The notes beneath the pieces were generated by a model. It had not been told where the DNA came from and did no database searches. It was given only the letters and a program-made list of their open reading frames with translations. DNA of 64,000 nt from Stegostoma tigrinum (lineage: Eukaryota): contig NC_081387.1 in the NCBI RefSeq assembly GCF_030684315.1, positions 6,056,497-6,120,496 on the forward strand, read 5' to 3'. Positions 25,979-38,260 of the stretch are shown in pieces (the first letter of the stretch is position 1; every line of letters starts with the position of its first letter). Position numbers and translations under genes: made by a program.

Positions 25979-27049
25979 GTACGATGAGTCAAACTGTTAC
26001 CTGCCACTGAGAGCCAAGTTACTGTGGCTCTCTGGGGAGTTGGCTGCTACTCCTTGAGGATGAAGCAATTATTTTTCATATTGTTCTGCTCTGTCTCCAA
26101 CTCCAGACGTCTCCACTGTCCACAGCCAGCCCCATCTGAAATTTTGCATCATTCATGATTTTTTTTCCACAGATGGGGCCCTCACCCTTCAACACAATCT
26201 GAACCTTGACTTCTGTAGAGTTCCATTCTCTCCACTTAAACCTCATGGATATCAGTGGAAAAAGGTGAGGGAGAGCTGCTTGGCAAGTTGATATAAGGAG
26301 AAACATTCCGAGAGAGTAACAGAGAAGTGACCAATGGGCAGGAAAAGAGAGCTGGAAAACTAGAGAAACATAAACGAGGAGGTAGCAGCAGACATGATGG
26401 AGAAAGGGCGAGGAAGCATGAGGTGACAGTGGAGTGATGTAGGGGAAAGCCTGGCAAAAGAAAGCAGGACAGACAGTGACAGCATTCAGGAAACCATTCA
26501 GCCCATGATACATCTTCCATCCATTTGCGCTAGAAGTCTGACTTATTTCCATTTGGGAGCAATGATGACAAGGCAGCCTCAGAGCTTTGGTGAGGTCAGC
26601 TGAGATCATTCACTGCATCTTCTTCGGTGGCTGAACAAGCTGCTCCTGGAAAGGCAAAGTCTGCAACAAGCTGGGGCTGTCCTCAAGGTAGTGGGTGAAG
26701 GCCTCTGCTGGCACCTTGTTTGTAAGGTTAGTAACTGCTTTGGAGTTTCTGAAACAAAACGTCATGGTGGTGGTGAAATGTTGCCATGAAGCTGATGTTG
26801 CCATTTGCACAGTTCCACATGTTGCAGTTGATGCTGAAGGTGGCCATGTGTGTGTGTGTTTTTTCTTGACAGCATCTTTGATGAGTGGGAACTTTGGGTG
26901 CCTTGTTGGTCTCTTGACACTGGCTGCCATCCTGTATAGCATATCCTTGGGAATGTGGCTAGCCCTTCCAGCCTGGATGTAAGCCCGAGCCATGGTGAAC
27001 ATGAGCATGCTTGGCATGTTTTCCTGAGAAAGAGCTACCTCTTTTGGTT

Positions 27050-29000
27050 ACTTTGTCTTTCCATGATGTGCCATAGACGTATGATAGACACCAGAGATGG
27101 AACTTATTTTCTGTAGCCTTTCATCCTAATGGATGTAATTTGTCCATGTTCATTGTCATGGAGAAATATGCAAAGGATACAGGCCCTGTCAGTCAGGTTC
27201 CTGGTCCTGCGGATCAATGTTTTGTTGCTCCATGCCTGGCTGATGATACTGGCTTTCCTTCCAATGTGTGTGTTAAGCTCTTTGCCAAGAAATAGGGTGT
27301 CTGTCATCAGAGAATTTACTGACTGCTTCCAGTGATGTGTTTTTGAACACGGACAGAGACACATAGCCTTTCCTTTAGCTACAGTTTTTCAATACCAATA
27401 GTGAGGTACAACATGACACAGGCATATGGGGTATAAGATTCCTGAACATTGGAGCCGTTCTTCCATGTAGATAACTATTGCAGCATCATTCATCAGTCTA
27501 TCAAAGTGCTGCGATCAAGACTTGCTGCATTTTTGGACTTGACTTTCAGGCTTGTTCATTTGAGGAGTTTCTCATCAGGTTGGAAGGAAATACAACTCTT
27601 TCATGTCAGCAGTATGACAGAAAGAGGATACAAAACAAAATATGGATTAGGACTCAGACCAGTCTCCACCCATTCTTAATCAATGAACTGTAAGAGATGG
27701 AATCATTGAACTGATTGGTGCTGTGCATGTTTCCATGGAAGGACTGAACAAGAAAATGAAGATCAGGAGGTCAGCACATTCTCTCTAACATCCAATAGCT
27801 CCTGGTCTCATCGTGGTGTCAGATGCTTTCGTGAAATCCCCAAAAGCAAGGTAGAATTTCTTCTTTTTTCACTGCTTTCCACCTTCGCTTGAAGCTGAGA
27901 TTGGGATAACATCGTGCTTTCCAGATCTGTCTGATGTGAAGCTCCATTTTGCTGCTAGTTATATTCTGTTGGCTGGTTGATGAAGCCTTATTTGACTAGC
28001 TCTGGAAAAGCCTTCCAGAACCCTCTGCAGAGTGAAATGCCACAGTAGTTGCTTCAGTTTCCTCGAGTGCCTTTGTTCTTGTATAATTGGTTGAAATTAT
28101 GTCACACACATCGTGTGGAACAGAACTTTCTCCCTAATGGAATTGAACGACATAGAGGCGTCAAAACAAAGTAGGGTTTTCCGTACATGTATAGCCTTGA
28201 CTGGTATTCCATTCCTCCAGCGGCTTTCAGGGCTACAATGCGAGTCAATGGCCTTTTCAAGAAACATGACAGATAGCTGCAGATGATCATTAAGCACAGG
28301 CAGAGGGAGATATCTGGATCACATGGGTATAGTTAGAGTAGCCAATCTGTCCAGTGAGTCATTTGCGTCTTCAAATCAGTGACTACTCTCCCATTTGTGG
28401 ATCTCAAGAAGCAAGTTTTCTCGTGCTGCGCTTGAGTGTTCTCCTGATGATAATCAGCATGAAGGTTATCATTGTCACTAGCATCTATATTTCTTTATAT
28501 GGATTGGTGCAGTACCTGTAGGGACAGTACCTTTCTGCATCCTGCACAACTGTCTTCTCCAGTATTGGACTGGCATATGCCTTAGTGTAAAGACACAGTT
28601 TACACGCCAGGAGAGCTGTTCTGTTTGTTTTGATGACAGGACTCATTTCTGTAAAGTTGGATCTCAGTCCTGTTCATGATGCTTTCTTTGCGAGATCTGG
28701 TCACTGCAGTTTTGTTGTTAACTGTATCTCTGTGTGCAGGCATTTCAGTTCTTCATCATTGCTACTGACTGAGCCTTCAGATGGAAGAGACTGCACAAAG
28801 TTTCAGCATTTTTGCTATTCTCCATCAGTTCCTTGTGTCTGGCATGCTAATGGGTAGTATGCCACTATATGTGGACATGTTTGTTTATCATGTTTATGCT
28901 TTCATCTGACATGTGCTGGTGTGCACCTTGAAAAGATGATGTTAGCAACACAGTGTCAAATCTCTGTACCACGTCCAAGAAGCTGTCCATTTAGCCAATG
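27050..29000 (-). mobile_element. RTE-clade LINE remnant in gene A intron 2
   Basis: Decayed NYCGISL and FYLAFGDFTKASDT motifs on the minus strand at about 27810-28080. Confidence 0.6.
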
Positions 29001-30117
29001 CCAGAAAATGAGTCTGATCCAGATTCGCCAGGGAAATGACTTGTCTCGGGGTGGCAAATGCCTCAGAATATCACCTGGAGTATTGAGGAAGTGATCTTCC
29101 TTTTCAGCATTGACGCAGAAGATTGGTCAGCAAGCAGTCAGCGTTGACAAAACTTCCCGCTGCTGGAGCAAAGTGAAATGATGCATTTAAAGGATATGAT
29201 AGGCAATTTGATTACCTGTCATTCTGTTAGTGACAACAAAACATGGCTTACAGTGGACATCTGAATTTTGGTCATGCCAGTTAAAAGCATAATTTGCCTC
29301 ATTTATTGATTCAGTGTCAACCAATCATAGTGAATTTGAGAGCACCAAAGTCAATATTGTGTAGCCTGTAAGAACATGAGAGCTGGGAACAGGGAGTAGG
29401 CCATTCAGCCCAATGAATCTGCTCTGCCATTTGATACGACCATGGCTGAACTTATCTCAGCCTCAACTCTCCAGTCCTATCATTATCCATAACCCTTCAA
29501 CACATCACTAATTAAAAATCTTCTATCTCCTCCTTAAATTTACTCCATGTCCCTGCAATAATGAATTCCACAGATTATTTCCCCATTTAGAGAAGTGATT
29601 TCTCCTCATCTATGTTTTAAAATCTGCTACCCTTTATCCTAAAGCTATGCTTTCTCGTTTTAAGTTGCCCCACTGGAGAAAACGTACTCTCTACGTTGAC
29701 TTGCGAACCCCTTTTCTTATCTTTCATGCCTCTCCATCAGCCTGAATCATTCCTCACTCATTCCCACTGAATCACTGTGAAGCCAATTCCATGTCCTAAT
29801 CTCACCCTGAACCAATTCCATATTAATCACATTGCCATAACTGCTTCCATAGCTGGATTAAAATCTCAACATATTCAGAAATTCACGCTTCCTCATCATG
29901 GCCCAGAATGAATCCAAGAGTAATCTGATCCTCTCTGATCAGACTGCTTCCCTAAATCCCCTAATTCTATCTGATACAAAACACTCTTTCACCTCTAATC
30001 AGAATGTGACTCGCAATTTCCATTTCTATCGGATAATGGATTCCCTTGCCCTCTAATCGGATAGTTTGTGGTTATCCATTCATTATTACTGATTGACGCC
30101 TGCTTGGTCACTGACAG

Positions 30118-30393
30118 GAATTCACACTCTCCAATGGCTACGTTCCGTTGAGGTCAGTGATGACGGCTCTGTGAAGAGATCAATGCGATTTGGATTTGAC
30201 GGGAAGGACTTCATTAGTTTAGAGCCAGACAGAATGAGATGGGTCGCAGCCAATCACTTTGCAGTGAAGACTAAATATAAATGGGATTCAGATGAATCTT
30301 GGAACAAGTATTGGAGATGGCAATTGGAAACAGAACTATTTGACCTTTCAAATAATTACTTGCGAGTTGGAAAGGAATATTTCAAAAGGAAAG
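30118..30393 (+). CDS. Gene A alpha2 exon (open, 276 nt)
   Basis: GIHTLQWLRSVEV...FGFDGKDFISL...AVKTKYKWD...YFKRK. Canonical class I exon-3 length; AG/GT intact. Confidence 0.93.
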
Positions 30394-30510
30394 GTATGTA
30401 TTTCAGTTTTGATCCCATGTTCTGCTCTAACCTCACTGATCTATGTAACTGCTGTCCCATTCCATTCAGTGTCTGTCTATTGTTTCTGTTCTCACCCTTT
30501 CCCATCACAG

Positions 30511-30791
30511 TTCAGCCTGAAGTGTTCATCTCCAGGAGTGAGCCCAAATCTTCAGGACAAGCCGTCCACTCGCTCCTGTCTGGACACTGGATTTTATCCT
30601 GTAGACATCGAGGTGACCTGGCTAAGGAATGGGGAGGTCATGTCCGAGACACAATCCTCGGGGATTCGACCGAACCACGATGGGACTCATCAGATCCAGA
30701 AAGAGATATTGAATCATTGCTGGGGATGAGGATCAATATTCCTGCCAAACTGAACACAGCAGCCTGGCAGAGGCCAAGCTGTATCAGTGGG
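30511..30791 (+). pseudogene. Gene A alpha3 (C1-set Ig) exon with two +1 frameshifts
   Basis: SCLDTGFYPVDIEVTWLRNG...PNHDGTHQ...YSCQTEHSSL. 281 nt versus 279 in gene B, with extra bases near 30547 and 30708. Confidence 0.92.
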
Positions 30792-31952
30792 GTAAGAATA
30801 TGATGTATTTATGTGTTTATGACAGATTGTAGGTCAGAGGACACTGGTTCACTACCTCGCCTGCACATATACACCTTTCTCCCTATACTTTCTTGTTGTG
30901 TTGGTCTCACCTGAGTTGAGTATTCCAATTTTAAGTTTGTCAAGGTCTCTTGTTCCTGAGTTTTCAAGTCTTTTGATGGAGATTTTCACATTCCCACTGC
31001 CCTGTTGTTGGTGAATTATTCACCAGTTTCACTCTGAAATGACCCCACCGTAATTACATGAAGACTTTCTTGCATTCCAGGCTTCAGCACTGGACATGGG
31101 CCCTGACTGTTCAACACCCAGTCAGTTAGAGACTGGTCAGACCCTAAAAGAGGAAGGTCTGGACCCCTCAGAATTCCTGACTCATTAAATGGGATTTTTT
31201 TCGGGAAGTTTCAACTTCCAATTGACAATTACTTAGCATCTGGAACCCTCTGAAAAGGTCTCCAGTTCTGAGTTAGAGTCGGAGACTTTGCAGAGCTCTG
31301 ACTCACCTCAATACTAATACGGGAAGCGTGAAAGAGATTAAAAGCTTCTTTAATTCCTAATATGATGATGCTGCCACTTTCAAAGGTTATTTTATCCTTT
31401 TGTTTTGAAGAGCGGTTATAAGGCATATGTGCTGCTAAAGACAACTTCAGCAAACAACTTGGCTTTTCTCAGGGTGTTAGAACATTGACAGAGCTGACGA
31501 GCTGCTTTCAGATCCAGATTTCCCAGTTTCGGTATTAACAGTAGCATCAGAAGCCAATGGGCCTTAAGAGTTCGGAGCTTCAGTGAATGCCTCCCGGCTA
31601 TTACTGTCTCTGATTATTTTCTTAATGTTGTTCCCTCCTAGATTGGAGGACTGAGTGTAAGAATCTGTGTCTGAATTTGCCTTTTTGCCAAAGCGTGTAT
31701 TTATGGGATGTTAATATATTGGAACAATTAATTAGCAATAGGTACTGTACTCTGTTATTCGGTTACAGTTTTCAATAGTTAAATTATTCTAAATTCCTTT
31801 TCCTTTTGTTTGTATTTTAAATGCAGTGTTCAAATCAAGTGTGTTTTGCTTAACATAGTGTAGTTTGACCAATTGCATCGCATCTGGAACAGGCCACTTC
31901 ATATCTACTTTTAAAATAAGAAATAGTTTAAACCCAGGCTATCTTCTTAAAA

Positions 31953-32410
31953 GATAATAAAATGTGAGGCTGAATGAACACAGCAGGCCAAGCAGCATCT
32001 CAGGAACACAAAAGCTGACGTTTCGGGCCTAGACCCTTCATCAGAGAATGGGGAGGTCATGTCCGAGACACAATCCTCGGGGATTCGACCGAACCACGAC
32101 GGGACCCATCAGATCCAGAAAGAGATTTGAATCAGTGCTGGGGATGAGGATCAATACTCCTGTCAAATTCAACACAGCAGCCTGGCAGAGGCCAAGCTGT
32201 ATCAGTGGGGTAAGAATATGATGTATTTATGTGTTTATGACAGATTGTAGGTCAGAGGACACTGGTTCACTACCTCTCTGATGAAGGGCCTAGGCCCGAA
32301 ACGTCAGCTTTTGTGCTCCTGAGATGCTGCTTGGCCTGCTGTGTTCATCCAGCCTCACATTTTATTATCTTGGAATTCTCCAGCATCTGCAGTTCCCATT
32401 AGCTCTGATA
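31953..32410. mobile_element. Palindromic Penelope pLTR insertion carrying a copy of the alpha3 exon 3' part
   Basis: Inverted arms 31951-32047 and 32275-32371. TSD ctatcttcttaaaa at 31939-31952 and 32411-32424. Centre 32046-32276 copies 30627-30858. Confidence 0.9.
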
Positions 32411-33234
32411 CTATCTTCTTAAAAAACCATTTTGCGGGGGTCTAGTCTGGTCCATAACACGAGGGAACTATAAAACTGACCATCTCCAAACCTACTGCTC
32501 AACACCCACTTCACGCACTGTCGAGGATATCTGGTTAGCATGGGCAAGTTGGATTGAAGGATCTGTTTCCATGCTGTGTGGCTGTATGACGCCATTCCCT
32601 CAAACACATGTCCTGACAATCCGCAAGCAATGCTTGATCTTGCCCCAGCACCAGCACCAGTTCACCAGCTCCAGATGCCTGTCTGACTTGCAACGCATCA
32701 CCCCAGCCAGCCGATTGAAACGCAACACACAATACCGCCCCCGCTGCGTCCATCCCCGCTTGCCCGCTGGACCTCTAACATGATCCCTTCACTGCCCCAC
32801 TACGGCACCCAAACAACATTCCATTGTCACTCAATATCCCTGACACTCACCAGTGAGACCCCCAACTGACCCTTGCCCAGCAACCCAAGAACTGAATCTT
32901 TGGGATAACTCAGTACACCCCTTCAACCATTCACTCACTGCTCCAGCTCAACCCTGGTCCACCTACCCCTCCACCACCAGCAAGGACCGGACACAGATGT
33001 CAGGGAGAATGTGAACTGAGAAGGTAACCCCTAGGATGGGCACCACAAGATGTTTGCACCCCCATCAGTGGGATCTTTAATGACTTCAGTGGAGAATGCC
33101 ATTGGGAGAGGGTCAAACCAGCATTTCAATGAATCCCGTCAATTCCCAAAGGGCAGGAGCAGGTAAAATCAGCGCAAAGCTGGAAATAAATCCAGGAACA
33201 GCAAGAATCCTGACCTATTTCCAATGTGTTTCAG

Positions 33235-33354
33235 AAATTCCCAAAAGCAGTTGGCGACTCTCCTACCTCGGAGGTTTCATTGCATCGATGATCTTTCTAT
33301 TGGCTGTTATTGTTGGGATAATCGGAATAATCATCTGGAAAAGGCCATGGAGAG
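33235..33354 (+). CDS. Gene A connecting peptide/transmembrane exon
   Basis: EIPKSSWRLSYLGGFIASMIFLLAVIVGIIGIIIWKRPWR, 120 nt, AG/GT intact. Confidence 0.9.
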
Positions 33355-34246
33355 GTAAGAATCGGTGAGCGAGAGGGGGATGTGAAACTGAGGGTACAGA
33401 GAGAGTCAGGGGGTATCTTCAGGACTGGAGCACACGACACTGAATGGAACTGATTAAACTCCCACACACAGATACACATGTATAAACATAGCTTAGCCTC
33501 TGTTTGATCTTCCTTTGTGTGAGCAGCCCAGACCAGGTCTAATATTGATCATTAAACCCAGCACACACATTAACATCCCCACTGACTGAACATGGATGCA
33601 ATGGGAGAAATCACCAGAATCTCCATGAAGTGTAAGGGTGGAGGGGATTGTGGGAATGAGAATTTATTCCACAATCACTGTAAAATTGTATTTTGGCACT
33701 CTCACCTAGATAAATTAAGATCTCTACCTTAATTAGTTTGTACAGTTTGGATTACTTAATACTTTGGCCAGACCCTCAGCATGCGGATCCTCTACCCATG
33801 ATGTATTCATTTGGTTTGACTCCAGCATCACGCTACTTTTAATTTTTTGGAATTATCTCTCTGCCAAATTTAATCGGATTATAGGTCATTCCTTCACTTG
33901 TTATTCAGCTGTTCACACTTTACTCACACCATCTGACACTTCTGGTCACCTGCAGAGACGTATTACTCGACGCTCCACTCGCACCATTTGTGTGATCTTT
34001 TGACCTCTCTTATAAATTCAGTGCCTGTGTGCTTCTTACTTCACCTGACAAAGGGGCTATGCTCCAAAACCTTGTGATTTCAAATGAACCTGTTTTACTA
34101 TGACATGGTGTTGTGTGAATCCTGACTTTGTCCACCCCAGTCCAACACCGGCACTTCCACATCAATCTCCATTCCCTCACACTTGTTGTGTTCTCACTGA
34201 GAATGGATTAGTTCCCTTTCTAATGGACATTTATTTTGTTCTGCAG

Positions 34247-34279
34247 ATTCACTAAGTGGGACCTACGCCACAGCTCGTG
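34247..34279 (+). CDS. Gene A 33-nt cytoplasmic exon
   Basis: DSLSGTYATAR between ctgcag and gtaagt. Paralogue at 55234-55266. Confidence 0.82.
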
Positions 34280-34652
34280 GTAAGTATTTGAAGGGACAGG
34301 GTATTGGGAATGATGGGTAGGGCATTGGAAGGTGTGCAGTTATATTTGCCTGGTGTTGTTGAGGGTGGCATGTCAGTCTCCTCTCAGTGCTGTTCCTCAA
34401 CCACCACTCTTTTATCATCCTCTTCAATTCCATGTCCCCAGTGCCTCTCCTTACAATTGTCACCCTCCATGTCCGCCTCTCCCTCCAATCCTTCACCCTT
34501 GACTCCCATTTGGCTGTGCTGCAAGATTGTGGTTAGTTAATTGTTGAGGGTGATTGAATGATAGGAGATATCTCACACTGCTTAATTTTATATTTTATTC
34601 CATTTCTGACATTCTGTTTTTATTTTCTCACCTTTTGATGCCTCTGTTGCAG

Positions 34653-34667
34653 CTTCTTCATGATTCA
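34653..34667 (+). CDS. Gene A 15-nt stop-codon exon (ASS*)
   Basis: ttgcag|CTTCTTCATGATTCA|gtaagt. Equivalent exons in genes B and C. Confidence 0.75.
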
Positions 34668-34719
34668 GTAAGTGGCATGTCAACTCCTCCCAACAGACTT
34701 ATTTCTAACTGATACAGTA

Positions 34720-36025
34720 AGGAATATGGACACTGGATGCTTGAGTCAATAAAGGTGGAGCTGGAAAAGCACAGCAGGTCAGACAGCATCCAGGGAGCAA
34801 GAATGTCAACTTTTCGGGTCAAAGCCCTTCCTCAGGATCGGGGAGTGGCAGGGGAACCCAGAAATAAATAAAGGGAGGATGTTGAGGCTAGGGGGAGGGT
34901 AGATGGATGCAGGTAAGGAGATATTGAGATTGGTCAGTGGGAAGGGTGGAAGGGATAGGTGAGTAGGAAGACGGATAGTTTGTGTTGTAGAGAGATTTTG
35001 AAGCTGGTGTCCTAGGTATGGGGTTATAGTGATTGGTTAGTGAGAACAGTGGAGCGGATAGGTGATTCAGAAGATGGACAAATTGGGGACGGGGTCAGTT
35101 GGAGAGATTTTGAAACCTGTGAAGTTGATATTCAGGCCATTGGGCTCTAAGATCCCAAGGCAAATTATGAGATGCTGTTCCTCCAGTTTACATTTGACCT
35201 CACCCTGAGAGTGGAGGAAGCCACGGATGGTCAAGGGACTCGGTGAGGGGTGGGTAGTGGGGGGGTGGAATTAAAATGGATGGCAACTACAAGGTCGGGT
35301 TGGTTGGTGAGTGCAGAGCACAGATACTCTGCAAACCAGTCCTCAAGTCTGCGATTTGTCTCCCTGATGCAAAGGAGGCCGCGTCGGGAGCAACGGATTC
35401 AGTGGATGAGATGAGATGAAAAGCAGGTGAACTTGTGCCAGATTTGGAAGGATTGTTTGGGGCCTTGGACAGAGGTGAGATGGGAGGTGACAGGCTGTTG
35501 CAGTGAAGGGTACCAGGTGTGGTGGAGGGGTTGGTGGGGAGTGAGAGAGCTTACGAGGCAGTCATGGAGCTGAACGGTCCCTGTGGAAAGCAGACAGGGG
35601 TGGGGAGGGAAATATCTTTTTGGTGTTGGGGTCTGACTTTAGGTGGTGGGAATGTCAGAGGACGATGTGTTGTATATAGAGGTTGGAGGCTATGTGCGGA
35701 CTAATGGGACTGTCTCATTATTGTCGGGGGAGAGGGTTCGAGGGCAGAAGTGCAGGAAATGGAGGAAATGTGGTTGAGGTCATCCTTCATAACGGAGATA
35801 GGGAAACTACAGTCTCTAAAGCAGGATACCTGGGAAGTCCTAGAGTAGAACGCCTCACCCTGGGAGCAGATGTAGCAGAGGAGTTGAGTATGGGACAGAA
35901 TTCTAGCAGGAGGGCGGGTAAGAGGAGGTGTAGTTGAGGTAATTGTGGGAGTCAGTGGATTTGAAATGGATACCAGTCATGAGTCAGTTCCCAGAGATGG
36001 AGATGGAGAGGTCCAGGAAGGTGAT
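34720..36025 (-). mobile_element. Old Penelope-like element
   Basis: Collinear with 15003-16320 (pLTR, GIY-YIG region, RT thumb). Decayed CTGAGGA..GAAA core at about 34805-34835. Confidence 0.8.
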
Positions 36026-36039
36026 AAGCTAGTGTCGAA

Positions 36040-38260
36040 GTGGTAAAGGAAGGCACAGTGGAAGCTAAAAATGTGTAAAAAAATGTTCAACCTGAGCAGG
36101 AGTTGATTGAGAATGTATAGATATCAGGAGGAGCAGGGAGAGAAATTAAGATTGAAAGAGATAAAGGAACAGGCCAATCTTTGGTAAGAGATGAGGAGCT
36201 ATGTAATTCAGTCAGACTATCGCCAGAAAAGATAGTAAGGTGTGGAATTCAAGTGGGAAGAACAGTGTTCCTTTATATAAAGTGAGATTGGAGAGTCTGG
36301 TGAAAAATGGAGAAGTTGTGGTCGGAGTAACACAGAAATTGTCAGTTCTGAAAATACAGTTTATCCTTTGTAATGATATAGTGGGATCATAGGTAGGAGT
36401 GATGCCGACTATGGCTGAAAAGCCAGTGGAAAATCAGACAACTGAGGTATTACAAGAAGTGTATCCTGGTATTTTTCCTGACTGAATGGTAATAAGGTCA
36501 CAAAGCCATCGGCTGAAACAGGAGGAGAAATTAAGGAGTAAAGATGAGGAAGTTGAAGTTCAGTTGTCAGAAACTACGCTCAGTCAAATGGCTGAGAAAA
36601 ACACAAGGACAGGTTGAGGAATAAGTTCATGTGTTTAGCCCAGAGAACTGAGCTGGATTACAATGGAAAGATGAAAAACAAAAACAGTTGAATCAAAAAG
36701 CGTACACAGAAGAAGAATCTGAGTGTAGCTGGAATGTTACTATCTTAAAAATGATGTCTTAAAGAGGAAACATAGACTATCACATATTCAAGCAGATGAA
36801 AAATGGGCAGAAGTACATCAAAGATAATAGGAACTGCTGATGCTGGTGAATCCGCGATACCAAGGTGTGGAGTTGGATGAACACAGCAGGCCAAGCAGCA
36901 TCTTAGGAGCAGGAACGCTGACGTTTTGGGCCCAAAATGTCAGCTTTCCTTCTAAGATGCTGCTCAACCTGCTGTGTTTATCCAACTCCACACTTGTTAT
37001 CTCAGAAGTTCATCAAGTTGTGTTACTAGTGGGTTACAGAAAGGAAGTATTGCGGGTAGCACATAGATTATCATAGGAGGCCGTTTCGGAGCTAGAAAAC
37101 CCCAAGCCAAAATACAAAGGCTTTTTATTTTGGCCTGCACTGCATAAGGATGTGATTGAATTTTGCTGGACATGTCATGCCTGCCAGGTAACAGGAAAAC
37201 CTCATGCAGTGATTAAGCCAGCCCTTAATACCCATACCTGCATTTGAATACCTGTTACAAGGGCCTTACTTGATTGTGTCGGACCCCGAACTAAAACAAA
37301 AAAGTGTTTGTTGACCATAATGAATGAGCCTGCTGGATTTCCAGAGCCACTCCATAATGCAGGATCACAGCTTGTAAGAAAATGTTGCGTAACCCTTCTC
37401 CTAGATATGGACTACGATAGCAATACAGTCAGATCAAGAAGCAAATTTTACTTCAGAGTTATTCAAGGAAGTTATGGATAGCTTATTAATAAAAATAATC
37501 AAATCCATTGCAAACAATCCAGAAGTACATGGAGCATTATGACGGTGGCATGAAACTTTAAAGACCATGTTGAGAACATATCATCCTGACTCTCCAGGGA
37601 ATTAGGATAAAGGAATTTCATTTGTACTTTTTGCAATTAGAGATGCACCGAGAGAATCAACTAAAGTCAGCCCATTTGAATTTGTTTTTTGGCATGAGGT
37701 GAGACGGCCATTGAAATTAATTAAGGGGAAATTGGTATGTCAGAGTTCAGAGACCACATATTTGGATAGTGTCAAATTTCCGAGAGATATTAAATAGAGT
37801 GGGTGAGTTGGCGAGGCAAATTTAAATGTGGTGCAGCATGTGATAAAACAGAAAGCAGACAAGATCAAAAATTTGTAATTTTGCTCATGGAGATAATGCG
37901 CTCGTGTAACTCCCAGTGGCAGGTGAACGTTTGAAAGCAAGGTTTTAGTGGCACAGGGTCAAAAGAAATTGAAAGCACTCTTCGAGATGGCATGGTCAAA
38001 GTGATTTGCAGTGAATGGAGCAGCATTGCGACGGTGCCAGGCCTGTGTAGTAGTAAATTATTGTGCTTGGACTCTCGCAAAGTCATCTGATTCAAATCCT
38101 AGTCCATGCCTGGAAGGTTTTGTTGGGAAAGTGCGACAAGCAACATATATTACTCAGTTGGATTTACTCAGAGGACACTGACAGGTACCTTTATCTAAAA
38201 GAGTGAGGGAAATTATAGTTTTTCTGTCACTGAAATGGACTTTACCCATTTACACTCATG
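36040..38260 (+). mobile_element. Gypsy pol remnant
   Basis: EVHQVVLLVGYRKEVLRVAH...WPALHKDVIEFCWTCHACQ (integrase zinc finger), IQSDQ and SPFEFVFGHEVR motifs. Many stops. Confidence 0.8.
36822..37002. mobile_element. Older palindromic Penelope mini-insertion inside Gypsy pol
   Basis: Inverted arms centred near 36930. TSD cagaagt(a/t)catcaa at 36808-36821 and 37003-37016. Confidence 0.85.

Larger units (their letters stand above)
25713..34667 (+). pseudogene. Non-classical MHC class I-like gene A (alpha1 to stop exon)
   Basis: Six phase-1 exons with AG/GT: 25713-25978, 30118-30393, 30511-30791, 33235-33354, 34247-34279 and 34653-34667. Frameshifts in alpha1 and alpha3. Confidence 0.92.

Noticed and set aside
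30093-30803. Single 236-aa ORF as a standalone gene
   Set aside because: It is the alpha2 exon plus an intron plus a frameshifted alpha3. The start is an intronic TTG.
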